A stretch of 64,000 nt of DNA from Barthelona sp. PCE (lineage: Eukaryota): the NCBI GenBank assembly GCA_040285745.1, contig JAUFOR010000003.1:62001-126000 (forward strand). Reading direction: 5' to 3'. How positions within the stretch are numbered: the stretch's first letter is position 1; the number at the start of each line of letters is the position of its first letter. The notes beneath the pieces were generated by a model. The model was given only the letters and a program-made list of their open reading frames with translations. It searched no databases and was not told the DNA's origin. The position numbers were made by a program, and so were the translations under genes. Of the stretch, positions 51,540-61,418 are shown one piece after another.

Positions 51540-52472
51540 TTACTGTTGCATCCTAATGTGACTCAACAACCTATTAAACACTTCTTCATTAAACAACGAT
51601 GAATATAGACACTGTTTCATTTTGTATGTTGTTAACTTACCATTTTTCATGAAACTAGGTTCCTGTCCGTTATATGGCAGTGTCCAATCAAGTTGAGGAA
51701 TGAAGCAAATTAAGGATGCATCGAAAAAGAATTCCCTTGACCGCCTTAAACAATTATTCAAACGACGACGTTCTCCTTGACCTACATATCTACTTTTTGT
51801 AAACGGTACACCTATTGTTATCAACAAATGAATAGAATCTCGAGATATTTGCATCAATCGTAATAACTCAAAAATGATAACTCCGCTCATACCGTGGGAA
51901 ATAACAATGATTGGCTTGTTCTGGACGCCGTAAAGTGTAGATATAGCCTGTCCAACGTTAGACATTGGTAATCCATCAAGTGCACACATGAAAACGTTTG
52001 CGTAACCTTGTTTTCGAAGTCTAGAAACCAGTTTACGCATTGAATTAGGTGTGGATCCAATGTCTCCTATTACTAGAATGGGTGGGTTCCCTTTTGTGAA
52101 ACTATTAGGTGAAGAAGGAGCAAGGAAACATGTTAATGAAATGTAGAGTCTCAAGAATTGCTCGTATAAGAACTTCCCAAAAGACACATCAAATGTTTCG
52201 CCTGCAAATGAAAGGAAGAGCATGACGAAAACATTATAAAACAAAAAGAACATGAGATAAAAAAACAATCCCATTGCTATTTTTGCTGCAACGCTAGGAA
52301 TTCCTTTAAACACAAAAAAAGTTCCGGAAAGAACTACTCCTAGAAATATCATATGTGCATAGAAAGCTAAAGAAAAACGTTTTGGTCGAAAACAATTCCT
52401 CTTAATCATGTGCGCTACCCTCGTTTCATGAATCAAAGGTGTTGAGTCATCAAGGTGTGCTGTTTTAGTCAT
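51540..52472 (-). CDS. Membrane-anchored lipase-like alpha/beta-hydrolase lacking the catalytic Ser
   Basis: Two TM helices, PPILVIGDIG, IVISHGMSG (versus GHSMGG), LITIGVPF. Confidence 0.6.
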   Translation of the reverse strand: MTKTAHLDDSTPLIHETRVAHMIKRNCFRPKRFSLAFYAHMIFLGVVLSGTFFVFKGIPSVAAKIAMGLFFYLMFFLFYNVFVMLFLSFAGETFDVSFGKFLYEQFLRLYISLTCFLAPSSPNSFTKGNPPILVIGDIGSTPNSMRKLVSRLRKQGYANVFMCALDGLPMSNVGQAISTLYGVQNKPIIVISHGMSGVIIFELLRLMQISRDSIHLLITIGVPFTKSRYVGQGERRRLNNCLRRSREFFFDASLICFIPQLDWTLPYNGQEPSFMKNGKLTTYKMKQCLYSSLFNEEVFNRLLSHIRMQQ

Positions 52473-52628
52473 GGATCAGAAAATGATCCTAGAAAGGAGG
52501 AAGTTTTTAAAATCATTTTTCCCAACATTTATATAAGTTACATGCACATTTTTTAGTATTTTTCACATTTTTTGGTACATATAGACTTACCAAAAAGAAA
52601 AATTCAAACTACACTTCGCAAAAAATAA

Positions 52629-54071
52629 TTAATTTACTTTTTCTTGTTCGGATAAGGTTTTTTTTTTTCCTGATCCCATGCTTCCGATGTGAACACTAAA
52701 CACAAACAGACTAAATAGTCCAAAAAATGGTTTCAACAACCGGAAACAAATGCTACTTACAACATGAATAATTCCCAGCACAGTTGATATGATAACATCA
52801 CGTTGATTAATTCTTCCATACTTCAGAAGATACAAACATAAAGCAATTAAGGTTCTTAGTGTTAAATCTGCATTGACATAGCTCACAAAATTAAAAAACA
52901 TTCCAACTAGTGCTAGAACAATGGCATTAATTAACACATTGTTTTTCATATCGAAAATAAAAAATATACATAATCCTATAGATTGAATAATTGATAGAAA
53001 ATAATTGGACAACGAAAAGAACAAAATTTGTTTGTTTATCAAAAAGAAACTTAAAAAAATAACAATTGTAGAAATATTCTGAAAATTTATGAATATAATA
53101 ACAAAAAGTACCTTCAACAGGCTGATACATTGCAAAATTAAATAATAAACAAAAAGATAAAAGAAAGAATTGCATAAACCAAAAAACTTGTTCAAAATAT
53201 TACGAAAAACATTAAAAAAACTAAAATAACTGTAAAAAAACCAAAATAACTTGTACATAACAAGTTGTCTGCCGAAATAGAGAGGCAAAAAAGGAGGATC
53301 TTTTTCAATTTTTTCTGTTTTTTTATCAGTTTTTTTTGAAGGAGCGTCAACTGTATCAACCTTCGCTGACTTGTTTTTATCAACATTCTTTTGTTTAGTA
53401 CTAATTTCTTTTGTTGCAATACGATTTTCACGATGTTCTTTTGATGGGGAGCGTTTCTTACGTGTTGGAGATATTGGAGGTTTACGAGATGCAGATTTAG
53501 GTTTTGATGTCACACCTTTAATATCAAATTCAACCTCAAAACCCTTTTTAGCAGTCTTCTTAGGTCTACGCTTCTTCTTTTTTCTTCTTCGCTGTTCTCT
53601 TTTTTTCCTATTCTCCTGCTCGACAGCAAAGTGAATGTCGGGAACACTACGCATGTGAGTCTTCTCTAACGTATTCAACAAAGGACCGTCAACACGTGGT
53701 AAAATTTCTGGAGTACGACTCACAAAACTCTTTGGTTTTGTGACAATTGATGATATCATCTCACCTTCGTCCTCAAAAGGAGACAAAATTTCTTTATCTG
53801 GTGAAAATGGTGTCTCATAAATTGGTTCCAAAGGCGAATTCTGAGCTGACCATCCAAACCCATCCAAAAGTGAGTTAAAGTCGAACGCAGCGCGTGGAAG
53901 ATAGTTATGATCCACTGTAGCGGGTTCAGAATCAGTGACAAATGTTGTCTCTTCATATTCTGAAGTTTCAGTAGTAGGAGAAAATACATCAGTCGTTGAA
54001 TCGTGATCCAACCACCCAGGGAACACCTCAAGATCAGAATCACTGCTATAATCGTCAAAAAATAACGCCAT
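52629..54071 (-). CDS. Hypothetical polytopic membrane protein with a disordered acidic/basic N-terminal half
   Basis: 480-aa ORF: acidic Ser-Pro region, K/R cluster, then several Phe-rich hydrophobic helices. Confidence 0.7.
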   Translation of the reverse strand: MALFFDDYSSDSDLEVFPGWLDHDSTTDVFSPTTETSEYEETTFVTDSEPATVDHNYLPRAAFDFNSLLDGFGWSAQNSPLEPIYETPFSPDKEILSPFEDEGEMISSIVTKPKSFVSRTPEILPRVDGPLLNTLEKTHMRSVPDIHFAVEQENRKKREQRRRKKKKRRPKKTAKKGFEVEFDIKGVTSKPKSASRKPPISPTRKKRSPSKEHRENRIATKEISTKQKNVDKNKSAKVDTVDAPSKKTDKKTEKIEKDPPFLPLYFGRQLVMYKLFWFFYSYFSFFNVFRNILNKFFGLCNSFFYLFVYYLILQCISLLKVLFVIIFINFQNISTIVIFLSFFLINKQILFFSLSNYFLSIIQSIGLCIFFIFDMKNNVLINAIVLALVGMFFNFVSYVNADLTLRTLIALCLYLLKYGRINQRDVIISTVLGIIHVVSSICFRLLKPFFGLFSLFVFSVHIGSMGSGKKKTLSEQEKVN

Positions 54072-54575
54072 TGATTAACCTAAGACTAATATTCGCTCAA
54101 CTAGCGCAAAGGGATCGTTACGGGGCCACAGTAAACTCGTTCAGAGGAGGAGTATGTACAACTCACGCAAATTGGTGAGAATAGATTTAACAACATTAAA
54201 TTTTTGTTAGACAACTGGTAACCTGATCATACCAGTATGTCGTCAGTTTGACAATGGTAGCACTGCTTCGTCATCATCTTACTTTAAGCATAATACTATT
54301 AATAATTGCACATAATAGTATCTTTTAAATATGTCAAAATTTACTACATGTGGACCACTGATATATTTTCTGATCAGTGCATTAATGTTGTGCAAAAAAT
54401 TGGAATATCATATTGTTGCAGGCAGTACAACTTTTTCAGGTTTTGTATACAATAAATGACGACATAAAAACGTTTTATGAAGATGTGTATGTCAAAAGTC
54501 ATCATAAAACATTTCTAAACATGCTACTTCTATTTCAACCTTTTCAAACAAGTTTATAGTTGATATTTTCACACA

Positions 54576-55529
54576 ATGAATGGACAAACTTCACTAAAGG
54601 ACATGTGGGAAGTTATTGAACTACATGTATGGGGTTCTCAGTACATTGAACTTGATGAGTTACTCACACTGCTCAACAAGTCTCGAAAGTTGATTTTCAA
54701 GCTGGATCTTTACAGTTGGAATGAATCACTGGAGGAAATATCCACACAATCACTTAAATATTTGTTTATAGATTATTATTTTGCTGTGTACTATATTTCA
54801 CATGGTTCAGATGGTGAAGACCGCATCAAGGACATTGAAATGGCCGAGACTTATCTTGGAAAGTACATTGACATGCTCATATGCTTTGAGATTCTTGAAG
54901 ATGGGTATCTCAGCAAAGTATTGGAAAAAAGTATTGACCCCTTCGAGCAGCGCACCCGTTTATGCGAGGAAACACAAGCAAAGATAGGAATTCGTAAAAA
55001 AATTGAACATTTTAGGGAACTTGCTGGTCGAGATCGTGAAGTTGATGATGAAATACTACGAGATTTGGAAATGAAAAAGATGCTATACTACGTATTCGAC
55101 ACAGTAGGACAACTTCGAAGTCTTGAGCAGGAAAAAGAAATGTGGAAGAATATTGGTGAAATTCCTAATATCAATGAGGTAATTGAAAAGGAACGTGAGA
55201 TTGCTGCATCCAGAGAGCTTGCAAAGCCCATTGTGATCGATTCTAACTTCTTAAAGCACTACAATCGTAATGGACTTGATGTGCGACGACAAATGTTAGA
55301 CGATGCTATGGAAGTTAATGCCAGACTCAGTGAAGAGAATAGAAATGCTGCAGTGCAGTTGGACATTGCAGAAGCAATGGATGAGGCCTTGCGTGGTGAA
55401 GAAGGTGCTAGAATTGAAGCTGAAATCAAAGCTAGCAAAACTGAGGAAGATATTATGTATGAAAATCGCGAATGGGATGATTATAAAGATAATCATGCAC
55501 GTGGAGCCGGATTTACTAAACGCGCTTAA
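54576..55529 (+). CDS. TAP42: Tap42/alpha4 (IGBP1) PP2A-family regulator
   Basis: NESLEEISTQSLKYLFIDYY and C-terminal REWDDYKDNHARGAG. Confidence 0.88.
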   Translation: MNGQTSLKDMWEVIELHVWGSQYIELDELLTLLNKSRKLIFKLDLYSWNESLEEISTQSLKYLFIDYYFAVYYISHGSDGEDRIKDIEMAETYLGKYIDMLICFEILEDGYLSKVLEKSIDPFEQRTRLCEETQAKIGIRKKIEHFRELAGRDREVDDEILRDLEMKKMLYYVFDTVGQLRSLEQEKEMWKNIGEIPNINEVIEKEREIAASRELAKPIVIDSNFLKHYNRNGLDVRRQMLDDAMEVNARLSEENRNAAVQLDIAEAMDEALRGEEGARIEAEIKASKTEEDIMYENREWDDYKDNHARGAGFTKRA

Positions 55530-55691
55530 TATTTATTTGCAAAAATTAAATTAATAAACATCTTTTTTGATTCTTTCATCAAATTATCTCTTTTCTATAA
55601 GACTACATCAGCTACATCTTCCAAATGATCATTGTTGATCTCCATAATCTAATATAATCTCTGTTATCATTCACAAAACTTCTTTATCAGT

Positions 55692-56087
55692 TCAAGTCTG
55701 GTATTTTGTTCTGTCATCCCTAATTTTCAGAGACAATTTATCGTGTCGTAAGCGGAATATCAAATCAATATCAGATTTGTATAGAGTGACCCGTTTCGCA
55801 TGAAGAGTGGCAACATATGCATCTTCAAGCAACTCTTGAACATACTGTTCTGCTGATAGATGCAATGCCATCATCCCTGAACGTGAAAAACGAAGTTTCT
55901 CACTATATCTATGTGCCAGACTACGCACTATCCTTTGAAAAGGCATCTTTGGGATTAAAGTGTTGATATTTCTCTGAAAGTCTCTTATTTCCTGAATCGA
56001 TCTGGCTTTCTTGGGTAAATCAACGGGCTTGTGCACTTGAACTGTAGATTCTTCACGACGTACACCTCTACGTCGATGCCTCGGCAT
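55692..56087 (-). CDS. Divergent histone H3 variant, probably centromeric CenH3/CENP-A
   Basis: Histone fold EIRDFQR..LIPKMPFQRIVR...EDAYVATLHAKRVTL; non-canonical Arg-rich N-tail (no ARTK). Confidence 0.75.
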   Translation of the reverse strand: MPRHRRRGVRREESTVQVHKPVDLPKKARSIQEIRDFQRNINTLIPKMPFQRIVRSLAHRYSEKLRFSRSGMMALHLSAEQYVQELLEDAYVATLHAKRVTLYKSDIDLIFRLRHDKLSLKIRDDRTKYQT

Positions 56088-56283
56088 TTTGAAAGGGGTG
56101 GAAAAGCTATAACAACAATGTTCTCATTCTCAGCTTGAACATCTGATACCGATTCATCCATATGGATACAAAGTCTACCGCGACACACGAAACAACTATA
56201 TTCGAAGAATGAGAGTGTTTTGCTTTTTTTGACTCTTTTTTGGGAAAACTTCAATTTAAGTTACAGGGATAAATTGACTTAAA

Positions 56284-58077
56284 ATGCCCCGCAGATTAAT
56301 GACTAATGGTATGGATTGCTCATATGAATTTATTGGCAATCGCATGTTTGTTCACAGTGAGGATAGCCCACAAAACACCCCACATATGTGTTCCCTTGTA
56401 CTGAACGATGTATTTATCGAATCTAAGTACAATTTACTTGCAAAATGCCCGTTTTCTTCGAATTTGTACTTTTCATGGGAAGTAGTCTCAGATCCGTTTA
56501 TAGCTAACATATACATATGCGAGTACCACGATGGGGAATTCGTTGATGTGGTGAAACATGTCGTTGATAGCAAAATGGAGTGCATCTCTGATATTTATTG
56601 TTTGAATGATCGATTTGCAGTCTTCCAGGGGTACATAGACATGCGCATCTGTGACATGTATACCGGATTAATGGGAGAACTCATCAACTACACATGCACC
56701 TTTTTCAAACATTACGAAACAGTGTATTGTCTGGATGGTGATCTATTGATGCATGCAATCACCCTGGAAGACGGAGTCCCCAAGCTCAATGCAACACACG
56801 TGCTATCAAATTTGATTATCGAGCATCTTGATAGGACGCCCGGTCATGAGCGAATAATTGTTTTGCATGAGGATGGCTATGCTGCAATCCGTGTCGTCGA
56901 TGAAGAGATATTCCGAGACCCATTGGATAATTTCGAAGGGAAATCTCGGAAAAACTTTTTTTTGCATAATGATTGCACAGTTGTGTATGAAGATTACGAT
57001 CAATTTTATGTTGATGAACTACCTGATGCATCGTGTCTTAGGATGGACAGCATTTTGGAAATTGATAATGAACTATATTGCTTTTCATGCGGAAAGTACC
57101 ATTACTTTTCGGTCGCAAAAAAATTAGCACCTAAAATCAGGTTTTCCGTTGGGTCGAGTGATTATCTAAAGATCTACAAGTACAAACTACCAAAGATCTC
57201 TAACAGGGCGTATATTGTAATTTTTGATTTCTTTGACAATAAGGTTTTAGCCTTGACGCATGGTGTGAAAGGCACATTTTTTGCAGAACTGCGACATTTC
57301 TATGAACATGGTAAGATACATACTGCCGTCGTCACAAGAGAAGTCAACAGCGGACATAAATGTTGTATATACACTGAAAATCATAAGGAATGGGAAAAAT
57401 TTGATTTAACAAAGTTAGATTTGAACTCGAGGTATGTGTGTAACATCAATACTAATGGAAATATTTTAATCGTGAATGGCGAAGAAGTTGATGGTGTTGT
57501 TGATGTTGTTCGTTATAAATTGATGAATGATCATGTGTGGGTCATGACTGGACAAACAATGATTGTGTATGATTTAAAGAACAAAGAGACTTGTGGATCA
57601 GTTCAAATCAACAGACAGCTCAATGGAATACGTTTAACAGCAAACCCATTCGGTTTCCAACTCACTGTACGAGCACTTTGGCAGAAAAAGCATCTACTTT
57701 TTTATCTCATTGATGATGAACTGAAATATATTGAAATTGGTGAACGACCCTTACCAACATTCATTGCAGATGGGGTACTTTTACTTGAAAACAGCATCTT
57801 TATATTGTCAGATGGTTTTCTTTGCAAAAAGTTGGAGATACCAACATGTACGTGGGATAAACACGGTCTTGTAATTCCAAATTCTGGTGTTCTACACCGC
57901 ATAAATCATCATATGAGTGATTTTACGGTACAATTGGAGGAGATAACATTCAGCGAATCTTTTGATGAGTACACACTCATTTTACGAACAATCGACATCA
58001 GGGAATTTTTGTGCAGTGCATCAATTGAGTTTCATTCTGTTTTTGATGAAACATCCACTGCATTAAAGTATGTATGA
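56284..58077 (+). CDS. Hypothetical beta-strand-rich protein
   Basis: 597-aa ATG ORF; many short hydrophobic strands and Cys/His/Tyr-rich; no recognised motif. Confidence 0.75.
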   Translation: MPRRLMTNGMDCSYEFIGNRMFVHSEDSPQNTPHMCSLVLNDVFIESKYNLLAKCPFSSNLYFSWEVVSDPFIANIYICEYHDGEFVDVVKHVVDSKMECISDIYCLNDRFAVFQGYIDMRICDMYTGLMGELINYTCTFFKHYETVYCLDGDLLMHAITLEDGVPKLNATHVLSNLIIEHLDRTPGHERIIVLHEDGYAAIRVVDEEIFRDPLDNFEGKSRKNFFLHNDCTVVYEDYDQFYVDELPDASCLRMDSILEIDNELYCFSCGKYHYFSVAKKLAPKIRFSVGSSDYLKIYKYKLPKISNRAYIVIFDFFDNKVLALTHGVKGTFFAELRHFYEHGKIHTAVVTREVNSGHKCCIYTENHKEWEKFDLTKLDLNSRYVCNINTNGNILIVNGEEVDGVVDVVRYKLMNDHVWVMTGQTMIVYDLKNKETCGSVQINRQLNGIRLTANPFGFQLTVRALWQKKHLLFYLIDDELKYIEIGERPLPTFIADGVLLLENSIFILSDGFLCKKLEIPTCTWDKHGLVIPNSGVLHRINHHMSDFTVQLEEITFSESFDEYTLILRTIDIREFLCSASIEFHSVFDETSTALKYV

Positions 58078-58116
58078 GCAAATATATAATAGGATAACTA
58101 CAGTATAATGCAATAA

Positions 58117-60525
58117 TTATCTGCGTTGACCATCTGCTGAACCAAAAAAAGATTGCACAGTTTTCTTCGCCTGCCTCTTTCTCAAAGGACCAAGAGGACC
58201 GATTACCTGCAGCTTTGTCCCAAACATGTCAGGACATGCCTGCATAACGAGCTTTGTATCAACAACAAGAATGTTCCTGATGTAAATTCGATTTGACTCG
58301 AATACTTGAGAATACAAAACAACCTTTGGGTTACGCCTCCCATGTCTGTCAAAAGCCAACACACTGCTGGGATGGAAAACAACTTCCTGCCCATGTGTAA
58401 GAGTTGTATATCTATTACTTGAAGGGTTAAGGACTGCAATGTTTAGACAATAACCAGCAATAAAAGCGTGTTTAATACCATCCGTTGACATTGCTAGCTC
58501 TCTATCAATCTCTTCGACATTCACATCTGTGCTACGTCCTATGGCTTCACATAACTGCTTACGAATCTTCAATGATTCGGAGAGAGCCCTGTGATTAAGA
58601 TTATTTCTATTACTGAACTCAAACGCGCGGTTGTTGCGAAACCAAGCGACGAATGCTCGACAAAGACTGAAGTGATCACCGTTTATATCATGAAAACCGA
58701 AACGTTTCCTATGATCATTCTCAAGATCTCGAAGAAATATTCCCCTAGCGCTCAGAAGGGAGCATATCGTAACCACACTATCAAAGCAACCGCTCTTTTC
58801 AGCAACAGTAAGCGTTTTTGCAAGCTGTGGTGACAGAGGAAGATTGGTCATCCTCATTCCCAACTCTGTAACCCTGTTTGCTTCTGTGAGTGCACCAAGG
58901 AACCGAAGCGTCTGCAATGAGTGGTGCACAGCGTTGTCGGACGGAAGCTGCAAAAAAGGAAATGTTGTTGGGTTCAATTCCGCAGCAACCAAACGAAGAA
59001 CAACGCTATCTAAACATGATCTCAGAATATCCGGCAGTTGTTGGTCCCTCATTGTTGCCAGATCCCCCTCTGTATATATCCTGAAGCACAAACCCACCAT
59101 TGTACGACCTGCACGACCTCTCCGTTGCTTTGCTTGGGCCTTACTTATTGGCATCACACTCAGGAATTCCTTGCCCAGTGGTGCGTCATACTGCATCAGT
59201 TTGCAGTAACCAGGGTCAATAACAGCTGCGATATTAGGTACTGTGAGTGAAGTCTCCGCAATATTTGTTGCAACCACACACTTGCGGTCTCTACACGGTG
59301 CAAATATCAACTGTTGCTGTTCTAATGGAAGTGATCCGTAGCATGGAAGCGCTGTAAGACCGTCTATATCTGCCAAAGAATCACACAGCTCATTAATGTC
59401 ATCAGCACCTGGCATAAAAACCAAAATATCTCCTTTGAAGTTCTTTCGGGAATGTATTTCAACTATGAGGTCAAAAATAGTGCTTTTGAGTTCATGTGTG
59501 TTAGGTGTGCGTGAAACGCTCACAGTTGCGATGGGAAAACTCCGTCCAGGAATATCAAGTGATGGAGCATTGAAATATGTGGCAAAAAGGTTTGTTTCCA
59601 AAGTTGCAGACGTGATTACGACACGTAGCGGCCGATCGGTACCCTTCCGACGTGCTACTATTATCTTTAACCAACCCATAAGGAGATCTGTGTCAACTGA
59701 CCTCTCGTGTGCCTCATCAACCACCACAATATCGGTATCGGCCAGTGTCCGATCTAGTGATATAATTCTGAGCAACATACCGTCCGTTAAATACGTGATA
59801 TGTGTTTCGCTACTTACCTGACGATCAAATCGAACGTGATAACCGACAACGGTTCCCACACGGCACCCCATTTCGTGCGCTACACGGCGTGCAACACTAG
59901 AACAAGCAAGACGACGAGGTTGAGTGCAAAAGACATTCCCAAGTCCAGCTTCGAACAAAAACTTTGGAATCTGTGTTGTTTTACCACTGCCTGTCTCAGC
60001 AGTAACAATAGAGAAGTGATTGCTTCTGACAAGATCGACTATCGCTTCCTTAAAATCATTTATAGGCAAAGTATCTTCAACCGGTCCCTTCACCGCTCTT
60101 TTATATCTTAAGTACTCGGAGGTACCCTCGTCTACCATCTGCCGTATCGTGTCTGCAGCTTTGTGAGACGAAATGCGGTTATCAGATGTGAAATCCTTGG
60201 CCCGTTGTTCCATTGCTGATGGTTCGCGACGTGTGCTGACCTTCATGCCATAGCGGCGATAATTCCGCAAGGTAAGAGTTTTACCCGGATCTTCAACAGC
60301 AGCAAAAGTGCGTTTCTTTGAATCGAATCTAGCACTGTTATAGATGTTTAAAGCCACGTCCTGCGACAGCTTCTTCTTTATAATGGTAAAGAACTCATTA
60401 AAAGTCGAACAATTATGTGCAATCTTGATTAAACCGCCCAAAAATGCATCCAAATTAGATCCCAGCTTTTGACAGATTTCCAGTGGCACAGATCTGCGGA
60501 CCCTCTGCAGTGTACCATCATTCAT
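58117..60525 (-). CDS. PRP22: Spliceosomal DEAH-box RNA helicase, Prp22/DHX8-like
   Basis: ETGSGKTTQ, TQPRR, DEAHER, SAT, ATNIAETS, PISKAQAKQRRGRAGR, HA2/OB tail. The N-terminal helical segment resembles DHX8; the subfamily call is less certain than the family. Confidence 0.7.
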   Translation of the reverse strand: MNDGTLQRVRRSVPLEICQKLGSNLDAFLGGLIKIAHNCSTFNEFFTIIKKKLSQDVALNIYNSARFDSKKRTFAAVEDPGKTLTLRNYRRYGMKVSTRREPSAMEQRAKDFTSDNRISSHKAADTIRQMVDEGTSEYLRYKRAVKGPVEDTLPINDFKEAIVDLVRSNHFSIVTAETGSGKTTQIPKFLFEAGLGNVFCTQPRRLACSSVARRVAHEMGCRVGTVVGYHVRFDRQVSSETHITYLTDGMLLRIISLDRTLADTDIVVVDEAHERSVDTDLLMGWLKIIVARRKGTDRPLRVVITSATLETNLFATYFNAPSLDIPGRSFPIATVSVSRTPNTHELKSTIFDLIVEIHSRKNFKGDILVFMPGADDINELCDSLADIDGLTALPCYGSLPLEQQQLIFAPCRDRKCVVATNIAETSLTVPNIAAVIDPGYCKLMQYDAPLGKEFLSVMPISKAQAKQRRGRAGRTMVGLCFRIYTEGDLATMRDQQLPDILRSCLDSVVLRLVAAELNPTTFPFLQLPSDNAVHHSLQTLRFLGALTEANRVTELGMRMTNLPLSPQLAKTLTVAEKSGCFDSVVTICSLLSARGIFLRDLENDHRKRFGFHDINGDHFSLCRAFVAWFRNNRAFEFSNRNNLNHRALSESLKIRKQLCEAIGRSTDVNVEEIDRELAMSTDGIKHAFIAGYCLNIAVLNPSSNRYTTLTHGQEVVFHPSSVLAFDRHGRRNPKVVLYSQVFESNRIYIRNILVVDTKLVMQACPDMFGTKLQVIGPLGPLRKRQAKKTVQSFFGSADGQRR

Positions 60526-60639
60526 AGACTGAAAATTTCGAAGTGGGTGTTTTTTTTTAAATACAGGTTCTTATCTTGTAATACTTTTTTTTACTCTTAT
60601 CTCACCTTCTTTTTGCTTTAAACTTTTGCACACAGTTTT

Positions 60640-61281
60640 ATGTCACATATTAAAGTCTATTTTTATTACCCCAACATTGTAGGTATTATTCGTGTTATTA
60701 CATGCCTAATTGCATTTTATTTTGCATTTAATCCCATTGTATTCCTTTCTTTATACTTAACATCTTTCTGTTTAGATGCTATTGATGGTTACCTTGCCAG
60801 AAAGTTTAACCAGTGTTCTACATTGGGTGCAGTTCTTGATATGGTAACTGACAGGTTCGGAACTAGCATGCTCATGGTCGTATTAGCAATGATGTATGAG
60901 AAATTCTTCTTCTTATTCCAGGTTCAACTTGCACTTGATTTGGCAAGTCATTACAGTCATATGTATGCTAGTCATATTGGTTCCGAAGGTGTCAAGTCTC
61001 ATAAAGATATTGATAAATCAAAAGTGTTTGTTTTACACTTGTATTATACCAAACATATTTTCCTTGGTTTCGTATGTTTGTGTAATGAATTTTTCTTTAT
61101 TATTTTGTATGTTTTACACTTCTGGAAGCATCCTGCTTTGTACATTCTTGCCGTTTTATTTGGTATTGTGATGGCTTTCAAGCAAGTTGTTAACGTTATT
61201 CAACTCGGTAGTGCATGTGAAACTTTGACCAAGTTTGATTGGGAAAAGAAACAAAAGGAAGCTGAGAAGAAGGAAGAATAA
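60640..61281 (+). CDS. PIS1: CDP-diacylglycerol--inositol 3-phosphatidyltransferase
   Basis: YPNIVGIIR; CDP-alcohol motif DAIDGYLARKFNQCSTLGAVLDMVTDR; LDLASHY, SHK, CLCNEFF. Confidence 0.93.
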   Translation: MSHIKVYFYYPNIVGIIRVITCLIAFYFAFNPIVFLSLYLTSFCLDAIDGYLARKFNQCSTLGAVLDMVTDRFGTSMLMVVLAMMYEKFFFLFQVQLALDLASHYSHMYASHIGSEGVKSHKDIDKSKVFVLHLYYTKHIFLGFVCLCNEFFFIILYVLHFWKHPALYILAVLFGIVMAFKQVVNVIQLGSACETLTKFDWEKKQKEAEKKEE

Positions 61282-61418
61282 AATTTTTGTTTATGACTTT
61301 TCAAAAAATGTTTTATTTATATTTGCTGGTTCATATCAATGCCAATGTCTAATACAGTCAGTATTATCAGTCTATATATGGTCCTAAATCATGAGAGTTA
61401 TTTTGTATTGAAAAGTTA

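Noticed and set aside
52900-53290. Very AT-rich stretch suggesting an intron or insertion in the 52629-54071 gene
   Set aside because: The frame stays open and encodes Phe/Ile/Leu-rich TM helices; no splice consensus found.
54090-54240. Sm-site-like AAATTTTTG flanked by hairpins (CTCAC/GTGAG, ACTGGTA/TACCAGT); candidate snRNA, or a 153-nt minus-strand intron
   Set aside because: No U1/U2/U4/U5 diagnostic sequence; the motif is common in AT-rich DNA; the intron reading lacks the branch consensus and gives an in-frame stop.
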